Translations under genes and position numbers: made by a program
Assembly: GCA_012295275.1 (NCBI GenBank)
Contig: CM022674.1
Location: 1,364,001-1,428,000 of the forward strand
Reading direction: 5' to 3'
Origin: Chrysomallon squamiferum
Taxonomy: Eukaryota > Animalia > Mollusca
DNA: 64,000 bases
In this document: positions 50,366-64,000 of the stretch, one piece after another
How positions within the stretch are numbered: position 1 is the stretch's first letter
Layout: the number at the start of each line of letters is the position of its first letter
The notes under the pieces: model-generated
What the model was told of the DNA's origin: nothing
The model's input: only the letters and a program-made list of their open reading frames with translations
The model's database searches: none

Positions 50366-50526
50366 TCACCAAATTTAAACCTTGAGTAGAAGTCTGGCTT
50401 AACTCATGACACTAATTATAATGCTATCCACTTATACATTATATCGATAGCTCTTAACCTCTGTATGCTTTACCAAAAGTCTACCATAGCATGATTGACC
50501 TCTGCTACGTCAAATAAACAAAGCGA

Positions 50527-51830
50527 TGACGTCATCATAAAAAAGTGTTATTTTGGTTAGATACTGAAAACGAAAGAGCATATTAATATTTTTATGATTT
50601 TTGGTTTTCGAAACATATTGGAGGATTTTCGTTTAACTGATGGTTGCAGTTTGGAGGTAAAAAACAGTTAAATAATTTTTAATGCTTTCTTCTGCAGTCT
50701 GCGTTTTAGTGGATGTGGTTTTAGCTGTGTTTAATATTGTTTTAATAACGACAAATCCTACATAGGAGTATGTATGTATGTTAATATGCGTGTGTGTGTA
50801 TACACATACATATATATACACATAAAGATATCTGCATGCATATGTACACACACGTTTTCACGTTGTTTCAAAAACTGATATATATATATATATAATACCA
50901 TTTTATGATTTATCCAAATCCTAGAATACCACAATTAACAGAAAATTGGCTTTAGACGTATATTAAGTTGAAACTATGAAAGAGAATTTGTTCTTTCAAT
51001 ATAACTGTTTATTTCATATTTCAAATATTTATTAAGGCTTGGTCCGTGATACTGGAAAATCCAGAAATCCGAGTAACCAGCAAGACCAGGCTTATTTCAC
51101 AAATGTTCAGATACCTGCTCCAAAATCTCAGTCTTCTTCATTGGTTAGGCTAACCTGCTCGACTCGTGTGGGTCACAGGTCAACTCTAGCAAAGTGCATC
51201 CATAAGTTAGAGTCCGTGCGCAGTGGTTGTTTATCAGAATGACGTGGTATATGCTGTCCTGTTTGCATGAACGATTCATTGCAGATAATTAAAAATAAAA
51301 TGTTGCAGTATATCATGTGAAAACAATAATGAAATTGCTAAATGTTTGGCAGCGATATAAAGAGTTTTATTAAAGCGGATTAAAATTTTAAAATTTTGAA
51401 TTTCGGTTGATGAGTGAAACGTTGCAAAACTGAACAGTATTTCGATCAGATTAAAAAGTTCGGTTTGAATGGCTGTTCGGCATTAAAAAAAAAAGGTTGA
51501 TAAATCACAGGTCAGATTTACAGAAATTCCAGTTTTCGAGAAATGTCACTGTACCATTAAATATAAACCAATAACATATTGCTATAACTAGCTGTAACAG
51601 ATATATTAATGAAAATAGATTATAAAGGGATGTATAAACAGTCTACATACATACTTTTTGAATATAATTTCAGGTGATTCATTCTTTGTTTTCTAATTGT
51701 GTAGTGGGGTTGTTTTAATTACGAAATGACGTCACAATAAATGGAAATGTCAGCCTTCTGGTATTTTCACGAACTTTTTATTTCTTCATACTATATTACT
51801 AGCAGAGACTGTTTGCAAAACAGTTGAATG

Positions 51831-51871
<41 letters not shown>

Positions 51872-51921
51872 TTATATGAGGTGTTGTTTCGTACTAAGGA
51901 ACGTATGTTAATCGTGACTCA
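50527..51921. promoter_or_regulatory. CRE and AP-1 motif cluster upstream of the orphan ORF
   Basis: Perfect TGACGTCA at 50527-50534 and 51727-51734; TGACTCA at 51915-51921. Motif matches only. Confidence 0.35.
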
Positions 51922-52333
51922 AACTTGTTACTGTTGTGTTTATAGATGATGTACCGCGTTGTTGTTAGCAGATATTACAACTGTAACATCATCTACAAAT
52001 ATACTGCAGTGTCTTCCTCTTTTGTTTATTTAAAAGTTAATCATTAGTGCTATGTTTCTGTTTACAGACTTCTTCGTTGACTGTTTGTGCAAACCAGAAG
52101 AGAACGTGATTTGCACGATGTGCACAAAAATACAGTTTCCACACTAAAAATAGAAACAAAAACAAAAACAAAAATTAAAAAGAAAAATTAAAAATTAAAA
52201 CATTATTTAAAAAAAAAAAAAAAAACAATAATAAAACATTTTAAAAACATTTTTTAAAAATAAGGAAAAAGGATAAACAAACAAACAAATAAATAAATAA
52301 ACGTAATTTTGAAAAAAATCACGTCTGAAACAG

Positions 52334-53600
52334 ATGGCCGATTGTAAAACATCAACTTGGCAATTATCTGAGGCATCTTTTGGTCACGTGACGTCGCATC
52401 TGCTCGCGACTGCAGACGAACCAAAACTGACAGAAGCGAACGAAAATTGGAAAAAGTGCGGCGTCAAAAACGGTTGCGATTTTGAGACATACGGAGCTGA
52501 ACATACAAACACGCCAAGCATTTCATTAAACAGTGATTTGTTTTGCAAGTACAGAAAAAAACATCTTTATTCCGAGCTGATGAACTGCTCGACAACAGAA
52601 CATGTTAATTCCGTTTTAATAGACAAATGTTTCAATGCACCCAGTGTGCACCCAGTAGGACAGTCTTCAACGATAACTCAGGAATTAAAGAAGAAAAGAA
52701 GACAATTCGTAAAGAATTTGAAAGCCAAAGCTGTTTCCAGTTTGAATGCAAAAACCGAACAAACTAAATGGGAAAGCAACATTTTGCACCAATCGATCGA
52801 CAACTCTTCACCCACGTATTGTAAAAAAATAAAAAAAGTACAAACGTCAAATGGCTATGACCAGCCCGTCAAAAATCGTTTCAACAAATCTGACAATTAT
52901 TTCCTCGCTCCTTTAAATAACATTCTAGAAAACGTCAATCAGACAAGGAGCTATCTTCAGACGTTTGACGAAAATTCCGCTGATAGCGGAGTCTCTCACG
53001 TGATAACGACATCCAGCACTTGTCCGTCGTCTGTCAGTCTTTCAAAAACGACGAAAGATGAAACTGCGAAACTCTTTGTTCCTGTAGAACATTTACCATC
53101 GACGTTAAACGTAGATTCTTCTCAGATCAAATGTCAGGCCGCAAGATTCGAAAAAAACTGCTCACCAAACGCAAATGTCTACCCTTCCTCGGTTGCACCT
53201 CTTCCCACCGTCCCTACTATATTTCGTCCTGTTCCGAAAGAAAAGCCAGAAATCTTCTGCGAATATCAAAGGCACACAAACGACAGCCGTCCTAACGATA
53301 TTACTGTTCCATTTGCACGGCGTTTCGTTACCCATAGAATACATCTCAAATGGACAAATTTTAGTTCCATCTCCGGTATGTAACCTTGGTAACAAGGACG
53401 CGCTCTCAATGTCGTGCGTGAGGCAGGTTAATCATCCGAGCGCCGAGCTTGGAGGAACTGACGAAACAAAAACGAAACGAAAATATCCGGCAGTGCCAAG
53501 ACACGTTTACAATTACGCCCAGTTTGCCGAGCTTTGCCGAGCCAGAGAGGATGAAATGGCGGTGCATTTTTTAGTAACCAAATATCTTAGCGATAACTGA
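52334..53600 (+). CDS. Uncharacterised, probably disordered protein: a 349-aa ORF (52334-53383) overlapped by a second-frame ORF ending at 53600
   Basis: More than 1 kb of non-repetitive open frame with raised GC in very AT-rich DNA. It is preceded by ACAG, a possible acceptor. Coding-like composition continues to 53600 in another frame. No family recognised. Confidence 0.6.
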
Positions 53601-54160
53601 ATAATAATAATAATAATAATATGAAGAAGATAAAAAATTACGATGAAGGAAAACAGATGATGAAGAAGAAATAACAATAATTAAAATTAAAAAAAAAAGA
53701 AATTACAGCGAAGTAAGATGCTATATGAAATGTCTAATTTTATAACCTGAACTTTCAAACAATTTATACTCTGCTGACAAATTATCGTTGTTAATTTTTA
53801 TACGTATAGGGGAATCAACGTTTTGAAAATGGATTATCTAATTTGATGACGAAATTAGATAAAACAGTTTATAGAGTTTTATAACTAATATAAAAATATG
53901 ACTGTTTTTCAGTGTTTAGATCGTTTCAATACGTTAATACCATTTTGTACAGACTGTTATAGCTTTTGTAAAATGATATACCAAATTTGATATTATGCAG
54001 GAATACGAACAAACCGTATATAATTATAATATATTAATGAGAAAAAAATATCTTAAACACATTTGCTATGCTCTATCTACAGGCTTTTAATAATAAATGT
54101 ATGATGTATAAAAAATAAACAGCTTTTTAAAAATAATTTGTTTATTGTTATCATTTATTT

Positions 54161-54210
<50 letters not shown>

Positions 54211-55942
54211 AACAGACATTACCAAATCAAACCAGCTGTAGATGATTTTTTTTTTTCTATAGAGATATTTATATACATGTTTTATCACCAACGTCTAATT
54301 AGCCAACCTGTGTTTCTTGCCAATACATTTTCCATCGTGTTAACCATTCTATGTTGATAACCAATCTTGAGAACAAATAATATTGTTTTATGTACAGAAA
54401 TAAATAAATGAATACAATTAACTACAGCTTTAAAATGAACTAAATAAATAAATAAAAGTTTGGTTTTGGAAACCATTTGGTGTTCCTTCGTTAACTTGCA
54501 CATAATAATTTTTGTGCTCAGTTTAAGGAATATGAGGTATATTACAGACATTTCTTACAATCCACTCGATGGTTTCACGAATACAGAAAACACGGCATTT
54601 TATAACAGCTATTTGTTCAGTTAATATGACTGGTCGGCAAAAGCAAATAAAACAGTAATATTTAAGTGTGCAGAATATATTTATGCTATTTCGTCGAGTC
54701 ACAAAGTGACTTTAAATACAAATCATTAAGTTTATTTATTTATTTATGACTTTATATATACATCATTAACTTTATTTATTTATTGCAACTTTGTTTTTCC
54801 TCGTTATTGGATTTCAAGACAGGTTCAAACAACAGAAGTAATTATTTGATTATTATTAAATTTAAGAACTCCTGTTTCTTTGTATCCAAAATTTGTTCAA
54901 ATTTGGTAAATATATTATTATTTAACGAGGTTATTTATTCACCAAATCCTTTATTACTAACGCACATTTATTATTTTCTTCTTGTTATATAGAGGACAGA
55001 CGTCTTATTTATCCATCTACGCATGTGCGGAATATAGTGGGACCAGTCGTTGAGTTAACATTGATACCATAATTATTTAGAATAAATAAATAAATAAAAT
55101 GGAAAAAAAACAACAAATATATATATATATAGAAGACAGAAATAAATAAATAAAATATTTGAACTATTTGAATGCAATTTCCTAGGACCGACAACTAAAC
55201 ATTTACAGTTGTAATTATTGTAATAATTTGTCATGAGTTATGGTTCCTGCCTTTTATTAATAGGGAACGCAAATGCAAAAGTCAAACAGGCAAGCACTGT
55301 CTTTATAAGACAGAATATTATTTTATAATAAACTATGTGAAATGTGATACTCGTCTACATGTGACATGACTGAAAATGACGTCATATTTTATATATTATT
55401 TTTTTAATGTCTGATTTTGAAAGAATAATTTGTTGCAAAATTACCCTTATTTTAATTTTGTAATAAATTAATTATTTCGAAGTGTTTTGTTTTAACCATA
55501 ATAGTAAGGGAATTAAAATAATAATAAAATTATCAGTATTGCATGCAGCCTGTCTTCTCTTCTTACGTCAAAAGAATGAATATATATATGTAATAAAAGT
55601 CAGAAAACACTTTTGTAAACATTTATTTACTCTTTGTTAGTAAACATTCATTGGTTACTAATGAAATCTGCTAAAACAAGGAGTATATTAACAATAATAA
55701 AGCTATTTCAAACAAAAAGTTAAAAAATAATATTTCATAAACCTGTTTTACGTATTTGTAGGTGGATTTGTTATTATCATTATTTTAAAATATTACTAAC
55801 ACGAGACAAAATGAATATATATATTTTTGTTTCATATTTTTGAAAATAAAAGATACTTAGAATTAATATATTAATATTTAACCAATTTTTACTACTCTTT
55901 TTTATTTCTTAATGTTTTAATCATGTTACTGGTGTGAGTGTA

Positions 55943-56010
<68 letters not shown>

Positions 56011-56475
56011 TGTGTACACACAGACATATACATACACACATCATTCCTTTATAAATATTTCAGCCAGTGATAAAGTTATTAGAGAATAGAAATTCTGAAA
56101 ATTTGTTTTTTCTTATAACTAATCTTATTTTCCTTTAAAGTCAAATAAAGATGAATTTTAAACTTTCGTTAGATAAGATTTAAGTAACCATAGAGAAAAT
56201 GATTTAAAAAAAAATTAATTAAAAATCGATTTTAAAACCATGAGTGTTTATTTGTGCATTATGAAATACAGGAAAAATACATCTTGTATGTTTATTTTTC
56301 CATTACAAATTTCTAAAAATATGCCTATTCTGCTCTTTACCTCTGTCGTCACCATTTATTTTTGGTTTTGACATGATTTTTTATAGAATGCATTTTACAC
56401 ATTTATATACACATATCCTGAAAAAATATTTATTTTGTGACCTTTTCTAATCCCATCATTGACAAATTATTATAA

Positions 56476-56520
<45 letters not shown>

Positions 56521-56770
56521 AATAATACTAGCAAAAACTATAAAATAATAGTAACAAATAAAAACTAAAAAACAAAAAAGAAACATAAGAATTTTAACAT
56601 TACGTACTTATATATGGTACACTGAAATGTTTGTTTATTAAGTGACACTATTATTACAAATCTATTCACAAAACTATTGTATACTGTTATCAATTCCGTT
56701 ATACATACACACAGCCAAAGTTATGTTGTTTAAAATGATATACCTTTCCCCATTCTAGCACTCATTGACA

Positions 56771-56873
<103 letters not shown>

Positions 56874-59480
56874 TATATGTCTGTCTATAATCTATTATAT
56901 ATACATACACATTACATACAGCTTTTGTGAACAAACAGAAATTAGCATTTATAAAGATTTTCTTATTGAAGCATTTCAGGATTCGAGAGGAAAAAAAAAA
57001 GAAAAAGAAAAAAAAATAGGAGGGGTAATATGAGAATTAATGTTGACGGTAATCAGCATGTAAATATTTGTGAACTAGCTTTCTCCTTCTGGTAGTTAAT
57101 TTTCTTTACAACCACAATAACATGAGTTAAATACAAGACCTCATTATCATTTATAATTGTAATTAATATTATTTGTATCAGCCAAATCCGTGACAATGAT
57201 AGGTGTGGCAGTCATATCCCTGTACCAGTTCAAAATGTGTAAGACAATTATATCTTCTTTTTAATTTATCTTCAAATATTAAGACACATTTTTACTGGTT
57301 AAACATAAAATTATTATTATTATTATTATTATTATTATTGTTGTTGTTATTATTGTTGTTATTGTTATTATTAAATCAAATACTAAAGCCATATGGGCTT
57401 ATTATTCCAGTGCTAGCTTTTAACAGAACTAGTTCAGAAACTTTAAAGACATTATACAATTCTTCAAATAATAGTAAAATACGACAAATGATTCTGACAA
57501 ACATCCAGACTACATCCTTTCTTCTAAATAATCTTTTAAACAGTCTTGGTTAGACTGCATAAACTTGTAGTGCCAAGCAAGACATGACTGATCATTCAGC
57601 GAATGTAAATGTCTTGTAAAAATTCAACTACATACAGTAAATGTTTAAACCATTCTTTTCTTCTTCTTTTTTTAAATTTATTTCGCTGATGACCAATGTT
57701 TGCTAATAATAAAGTCTGATATCGATTACAAAAAATCTTTCTCATGTTTCTTGATAAGATAACATGTGTTAAGAAATATAATAAAGCCAACATGCACTAT
57801 TAATTGTGACCAAATTAAAAAAGTTACAAAAAATATGTTCTCCGTCTGAAACAGAATGAAACATCACACATGTAATGTAAACATTAAGATAACATAAATC
57901 AACATTTACACATATTTTAAATCTACAATATCTACTTTGAGCTTGTAAAAGACTCCAAATATCCCCAAAAATTCCTCAAGCAGATTCCTAAACAATGGTT
58001 TTCCCCCCGAGTATAAATGATTACTGAAAACTAAAATATTTCACAGCTGAGATTCTTAATGAATACATAAACCGGTAATATTCATTTTCAACCCTAAAGA
58101 TTAAAAAATTTGTCCCATGGGATCCTAAAGAAAAGGTTTCTGAGTATAAATGGTTACAGGAAACTGAAATATTTCTGAACAGGGATTCTAAAGGAATGAA
58201 TAACTGGTAAACTTCAAATGCAACTCTCAAAATGCTGAAGCCTGTTTGTTAAGAAAAGCTGTATAGTGACAACACCAGACTAACAATATCATATAGGTTT
58301 TAATGTGGATGAGAATATGAATAAATAATAAAAATTAAGTTGCCATAGAGATCTGACAAGAATATCAACAAAAAAAAAAAAAAAAAGAAGAAGAATGAAA
58401 TAAATTTAAAACATCATAAAACAGACATCATCCACAATCCTTCTAACAAGTTTTCAGACATCAACAATCCATGATTTATTTATTTATTTTTATTTTTTGG
58501 TTTGTTACAACATAATAATAATGGCCATAAATAATTTTGTATTACACAGAGGTTTTTTTTTATGGTTTTTATTCTATCTTTTTATAACATTCTTTTGTCA
58601 TTTTTGAAACTAACTAACCCTGTATTATTCATAATTATACAGTATTACTGATGATCCATGTAGTTATCAATTTAATTTTTCCTCAGGGTATTTTGTTACT
58701 TTATAAATATTATTATAAAGATATTACGTCTTATTAACCAAGCTACAGATGGAATAATAAACACTTTGCTCAATACACACCCTGTTCCTCATTACACAGG
58801 CTCAGTGACTATCTGCTTGTATGAAAAAGAAATTATTTATTTATATGTTTAAGAACACAAGAAAAATGAATATTAAGTATATTTTGAACATTCAGATTTA
58901 CTTAAAAGTTGTTTTCAACCAGGAAACTACATCCAAAAGAGCACCAAAAAAAAAGAAAAAAAATCTGAGACAATTTAAGTAAATGTGATGTGTTGGACTG
59001 GACTGGAAAAAAAAAGAAAAAAAAAAGAAAAGATAAATAATCATTTTGAATATGTGATGAGTGAAAGCAGTTTAAAAATGCATCCTGTCATGGTAGATAA
59101 GCTTAAATATATTTTGTATACTTTCAAGCTATTGTTTTGTCATTGGCTACTAATCTTTGCTAATAGTGAAGTTTGATAATAATAAAAAATAATTAAGAAA
59201 AATAAATGAAAATAAGACTTTTAGATGTTTGATCCTCATTTCTTTTTAAACTAGAGACATCACATAAACTGTAAACTATTAGATCTGCTAAAATTTGTTT
59301 AGTCACTTGTTTGTTTTACATTAGTGATACAAAAACATGACAGAAAAGAAAATGGCCACATAATAGCTTGCAGTAATTTTGTTCATTATTAGCAAAGATT
59401 GTTTGCCAGATATAAATAAACAATTTCGTGAAAGGTACAAAATTTAATTAGGCTGTATGTGTGGACCAGTATAGGTACAG

Positions 59481-59516
<36 letters not shown>

Positions 59517-60086
59517 AAGTAGATTTAAATAATGAAAAGAAAAATGTGGTGTGTCTCGGTAACAAGCTGCTCTATGAAACACATATTCAAACATGGCAAA
59601 AATTAATACAAACCTGTAAAAATATTTATTTAAAAAGAAAAAAAAAGAAAAAAAGTTATATATCTCTTCATGTTTGATGTGAACACCTGAATTATTTCAC
59701 TCCTTCACATTGTGGATAAAAACACTGGATCACAACAAGTAGTTACTCTTTTAGCGCGAAACACTCAAACATTCACTCTCTCTCTTTCACTCACACTTTT
59801 TTTCGTCCCATTTTTTTTCTTTCTCTCAAGTGTCCAATTTTCATCTCTCCGTTTCAGTTTTGTCATTCAATCATGTCTCTTATTTTTTTTCTTCTTTTTC
59901 TTTTTTTCTTTCTGTTTTTTTTCCCCCAACAATCTCTTTGTTGCCGTCATCTGGGCAGAAGTACAGCAGACACGTTCAGATCCAGTGACAAAACAACGAT
60001 GTTGACAATGATGATGACGATGATGTGAACGATGATTTTTATACACAATTACGTCTATGTACACATAGAAGGTTCAGCTGTTTATG

Positions 60087-60370
60087 CTACCAAGTTCTCT
60101 GTAGATGCAAGTTTCGACAGAGAACTGATCGTATATCACTGCAAAACCTCAGTGCGTCCAGCATTGGTAAAAGACAGAGAAGAGCTGTGTCTGTAGCTTC
60201 ACAGAACCAAGACTTTATTGGAATAGCATTATCTGAAAGATTTAGTGCCATTATAAATAAAAATATATATATACGAAAAACATTTTAAAATATTCATAAT
60301 CATACATAAATCAATATTAATAAATAAACCATCTGAAATAATCTAATATATAATAATAATAAATAATAAC

Positions 60371-60406
<36 letters not shown>

Positions 60407-61422
60407 CAATAGGAAACATTTTAATATATTTATAAAATGTGTGTGCACGTTGAACATAAAAATCTGAAATAATTTTAATATAATCTGAATTTAAAAATAG
60501 TTATATTTAAAGATATATATAAAAATATTTTAATATATATAAATTAAAACATAACAACGTCTGAAATGAAATAAATAAAGTTTTAATATAAAATAAATAA
60601 ATAAAAATTTCAGTTATAAATTATACTCACTGGGAAAAGATCTGTATGCTACAGGTGAATTGTCAAGAATAAATATACTGGACAAATCATTACATATATT
60701 GGAGAGATCTTTTGTATAACTGCCACAGTCTAAATGACAATGCTGAAACAAAAACAAATAAACAAATAGACAGGGAGCAATATATATACATATAGATATA
60801 CAGTTTTAACATTTGAATTAATTCTTTTTTTAAATTTGCAGGAAATCCACTTGTAATTGGCATATATATATATATATCTATCTATCTAAAAACTTTAAAA
60901 AATTTTTAAAGTTTGCATGAAAATCTATTTATGGCTAAAAACCACAGATATAAAGAGAGAGGACACCCACTTATCTGTTAGCAGCAAGTAATCTTTTATA
61001 TATGCCTACCCACAGACAGTAGAAACTATAATCAAAGGGTGAACAGGAAAAGGAGATTTTTAATACAAATCAGATTTAAAATACTAAAAATAATAATAAA
61101 AAACAAAAAAATGTATTTATCATATATTTTCTGTAATCCATTTTAAAGACACTGTAAATCACTATTTTCTTCTTTTTTGTGTGTGCCACACAGACCTGCC
61201 TATAATATCTTCGATTAAGTATTCCCCGATTGTTATCTAATTTATCTGCTACTGCTGCTCCATATACTTCCATGCTAGCAGTAAAAACAACCAAGTCATA
61301 CCACTGGCTAACCTGGAAAATAAATAAACTGATGAACAAATGCATTTTACTTGCTATGAAAATGAAGTACAGCTGTAATAAATTCAAACAAATGGTACCG
61401 TTTGACCGAACATTACAAGATA

Positions 61423-61460
<38 letters not shown>

Positions 61461-62832
61461 AAAAAGGAACGGTTAGTGCAATGAAGTAATTTCACTGGTT
61501 GTTCAATGAAATAAAATAAGTAAAGATAAAAATAAAAGCAGTGTAGAGCTGAGTTTTGAGTTGAGTTGGAGTTGAAGTAGTGAGGGTTAGAGTAAGAGTA
61601 AGAGTAGGAGTAGGAGTAGGAGTAGGAGTAGGAGTAGGAGTAGGAGTAGGAACAGGATTAGGAGTAGAGTAGTTATAGAATAGAGATGGATTAGAAAAGA
61701 GTAGAGTAGATTTAGAACAGTAGATTAGAATAGACATTTAAACATTTTAAAACGTGATAGTCAAATATAATTTTAATCTAAAACAATTCTTACAACTTCC
61801 AAGAAAAAATCTACATGTGGCCTCTTGTGAACAAAAAACCTCACAGGATGCCTGTCTATAGTAACCTGAAAATAAAACATAATAAAGTTAAAAAATATAT
61901 ATTTGAGAAATAATATTTTGAAAACAAAATCTGGCTATAATGACAATGATGAAATTAAAAACAGTGATAACAACAGTAATAATTTGTTACTTAATAGGAC
62001 ATTTCAGTACAGTAGCTGATAATAATAAAACAGTAATAATAGTAATAAATGAACAATAGCTGGAGTAATGATAGTGAATACAAAAATAGTGACAGTAACA
62101 ATAAGAATGTCAACCATGACAATAACAGGAAAACAATAATGTGCTATTTATTCCAAGTATATAATTTTGCCACAACAGTTGTACTTAAAACAATAAAGAA
62201 ATAAAGACCTAAAAACACAATCTGATTGTGATAATAATAATAATGACAATAATAATAATAAATGCAGCAATAATAATAATGACAATAATACATAAATGCT
62301 GTGTACATCAAGTACAATATGTTGTAATAATAATTTTAAAAAAAGAAACAAAAAATAACTATAAAATTAATAACAGAAACATCAAGAACATAAATGTTAC
62401 CAAATATTTAACAATTTCATTAGCATGGAAAAGTGTAAAATTACTTACTCCAAATATATAAAATCTTGTTTCAGTAATAAAAACTTTAAATAATTAAAAT
62501 CATGACGCATTTTTAGGAACATAAATATTAATATAACAATAATAAAAGTTATAAGAACACTGTGAAAAGAATAATGTCCTATTTACTCAAAATACACAAA
62601 CATGTTGCATATTAACAAAACGTGCAATAATGGAACTTAGGACTTACTTTTAGAACAAAATCTGGAGGTGTTCCTGGTTTTACTGTTTGTCGAATGACTC
62701 CATCGTGATGTGAGTGTATCAGCGTTTCATCCAGATCTAGAACCAGTGTTTTCTTTTTTAACATACCTGAAACATTGCAGATAACAAACATGAGAGAGAA
62801 GAGAGAGACACACAAAACAGAAGACAAGGATG

Positions 62833-62912
<80 letters not shown>

Positions 62913-63211
62913 GAAAACAGACAAAAGATGGAGAAAATGAGAGGAGTGAGAAACAGCTGAAAAAAGATGAAAGAAGGAACAAAAGAAACAAAATAGAATG
63001 AGAAAGAGACAGTTGAAGAAAGACAGCATAATGCTTTTATTCTCCTATCCTAATAAAAATATGAATCATATTAATGTTGAACACTGCAATAAAACATTTG
63101 TAAACAGATAAAAATACAGTTAAGTTGAAATAAAACTGACTTACTTAGCCTATGTTTGGAAAGCGGAGACAGTGTGACTATTTCATATTTGACAGTCTGA
63201 TGTTGTATTAC
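60087..63211 (-). CDS. CTDNEP1: CTD nuclear envelope phosphatase 1 (Dullard), six 3' coding exons; first coding exon not found in window
   Basis: Exons 63211-63145, 62766-62648, 61865-61794, 61312-61196, 60742-60631 and 60232-60087 give [10 protein letters not shown]..., [16 protein letters not shown] (HAD DxDxT), [46 protein letters not shown] and RNLHLQRTW*. Confidence 0.96.
60925..61050 (-). mobile_element. Decayed SINE fragment in a CTDNEP1 intron
   Basis: ATGGCTAAAAACCACAGATATAAAGAGAGAGGACACCC...TTAGCAGCAAGTAATCTTTTATATATGCCTACCCACAGACAG is the reverse-complement relative of the 20.5 kb and 34.4 kb copies. Confidence 0.6.
61560..61735. repeat. (GTAGGA)n hexamer microsatellite with degenerate flanks
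   Basis: Directly visible tandem GGAGTA units. Confidence 0.9.
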
Positions 63212-63323
63212 CTGGAAATAATAAATAAAAAAATAAATAAATAAACAAATAATTATATCTATCTATCTATGTATGTATGTATGTATGTATGTATGTATGT
63301 ATGTATGTATGTATGTATGTATG

Positions 63324-63378
<55 letters not shown>

Positions 63379-64000
63379 ATATATATAAACAAATAAATAA
63401 ATAATATATACACATTTAAACAAATAAATAAATAAATAAAAATTTAAAACCAACAACAATTACCCAAGTAAATAAATTTCATTATTAACAGTTTAAACAT
63501 TTCTTCTTTTCTTCTGCTTGATACTGGAAATTAAACTCACTATTGCCTTTTCAAAGGAACCATAAATAAACGCTAGTGACTGATAGGTCAGTCATGGCTG
63601 ATCAGATCATATATTGAAGTCACAGAGATGATGAATGATCAGATTCAGTGACATTAAAAACGAAATCTTTTAAATATATAATCAGTCAATATGCTCAATC
63701 TTAAAACTGTTTTCAACATTCTCACAGTCAGTAAATTATATATATATATAAAATTTTAAAATTAGAATTAAAAAAGAAAATCAAAACACTATAAACCTGT
63801 TTACAGAAGAAGAAAATATTTATAACATTTTAATTAAATTAATAATGACTCAGATCAGTACTTAAGTTCCATTATGTGAGATATTTTCAGGTTTATGTGC
63901 AATAAAATTAACATTTAAATGTCGTATCGTGACTAAACAACAATTGGTTGTATAACCTTTTTTTCTTTTTCCTCAGTAACTGAATATGTAGTAACATAAT

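Noticed and set aside
60039-60089. Stop-codon readthrough of CTDNEP1 (TAG CAT...)
   Set aside because: Only a +4 C supports it. The 15-aa extension has no recognisable signal.

Overview
AT-rich, microsatellite-dense animal genomic DNA with spliceosomal introns. A mollusc, probably a gastropod, is inferred from the decayed SINE family and the gene style, not proven. Gene order: 3' end of LRRC23 (+, 919-1986); SPCS1 (-, 4 exons, 5415-3782); XRN1 head-to-head with SPCS1 (+, about 41 exons, 6634-40980); a divergent two-exon Shaw/Kv3-like potassium channel (+, 47667-49733); an orphan large ORF pair (+, 52334-53600); and the 3' six exons of CTDNEP1/Dullard (-, 63211-60087). Nearly all other six-frame ORFs are microsatellite translations. 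Points worth following up: (1) a ~1.7 kb minisatellite whose 15-bp unit is the XRN1 exon 13 splice junction itself; (2) further tandem duplications of splice junctions; (3) two conserved XRN1 exons present only as scrambled ghosts beside minisatellites, probably a consensus artefact; (4) an 18-nt XRN1 micro-exon and a likely GC-AG intron; (5) a Kv subunit with a charge-depleted S4 and a degenerate S6 gate; (6) a candidate structured RNA upstream of that channel. I found no clearly new multi-gene system. All calls come from manual reading and recalled motifs; no searches were run.
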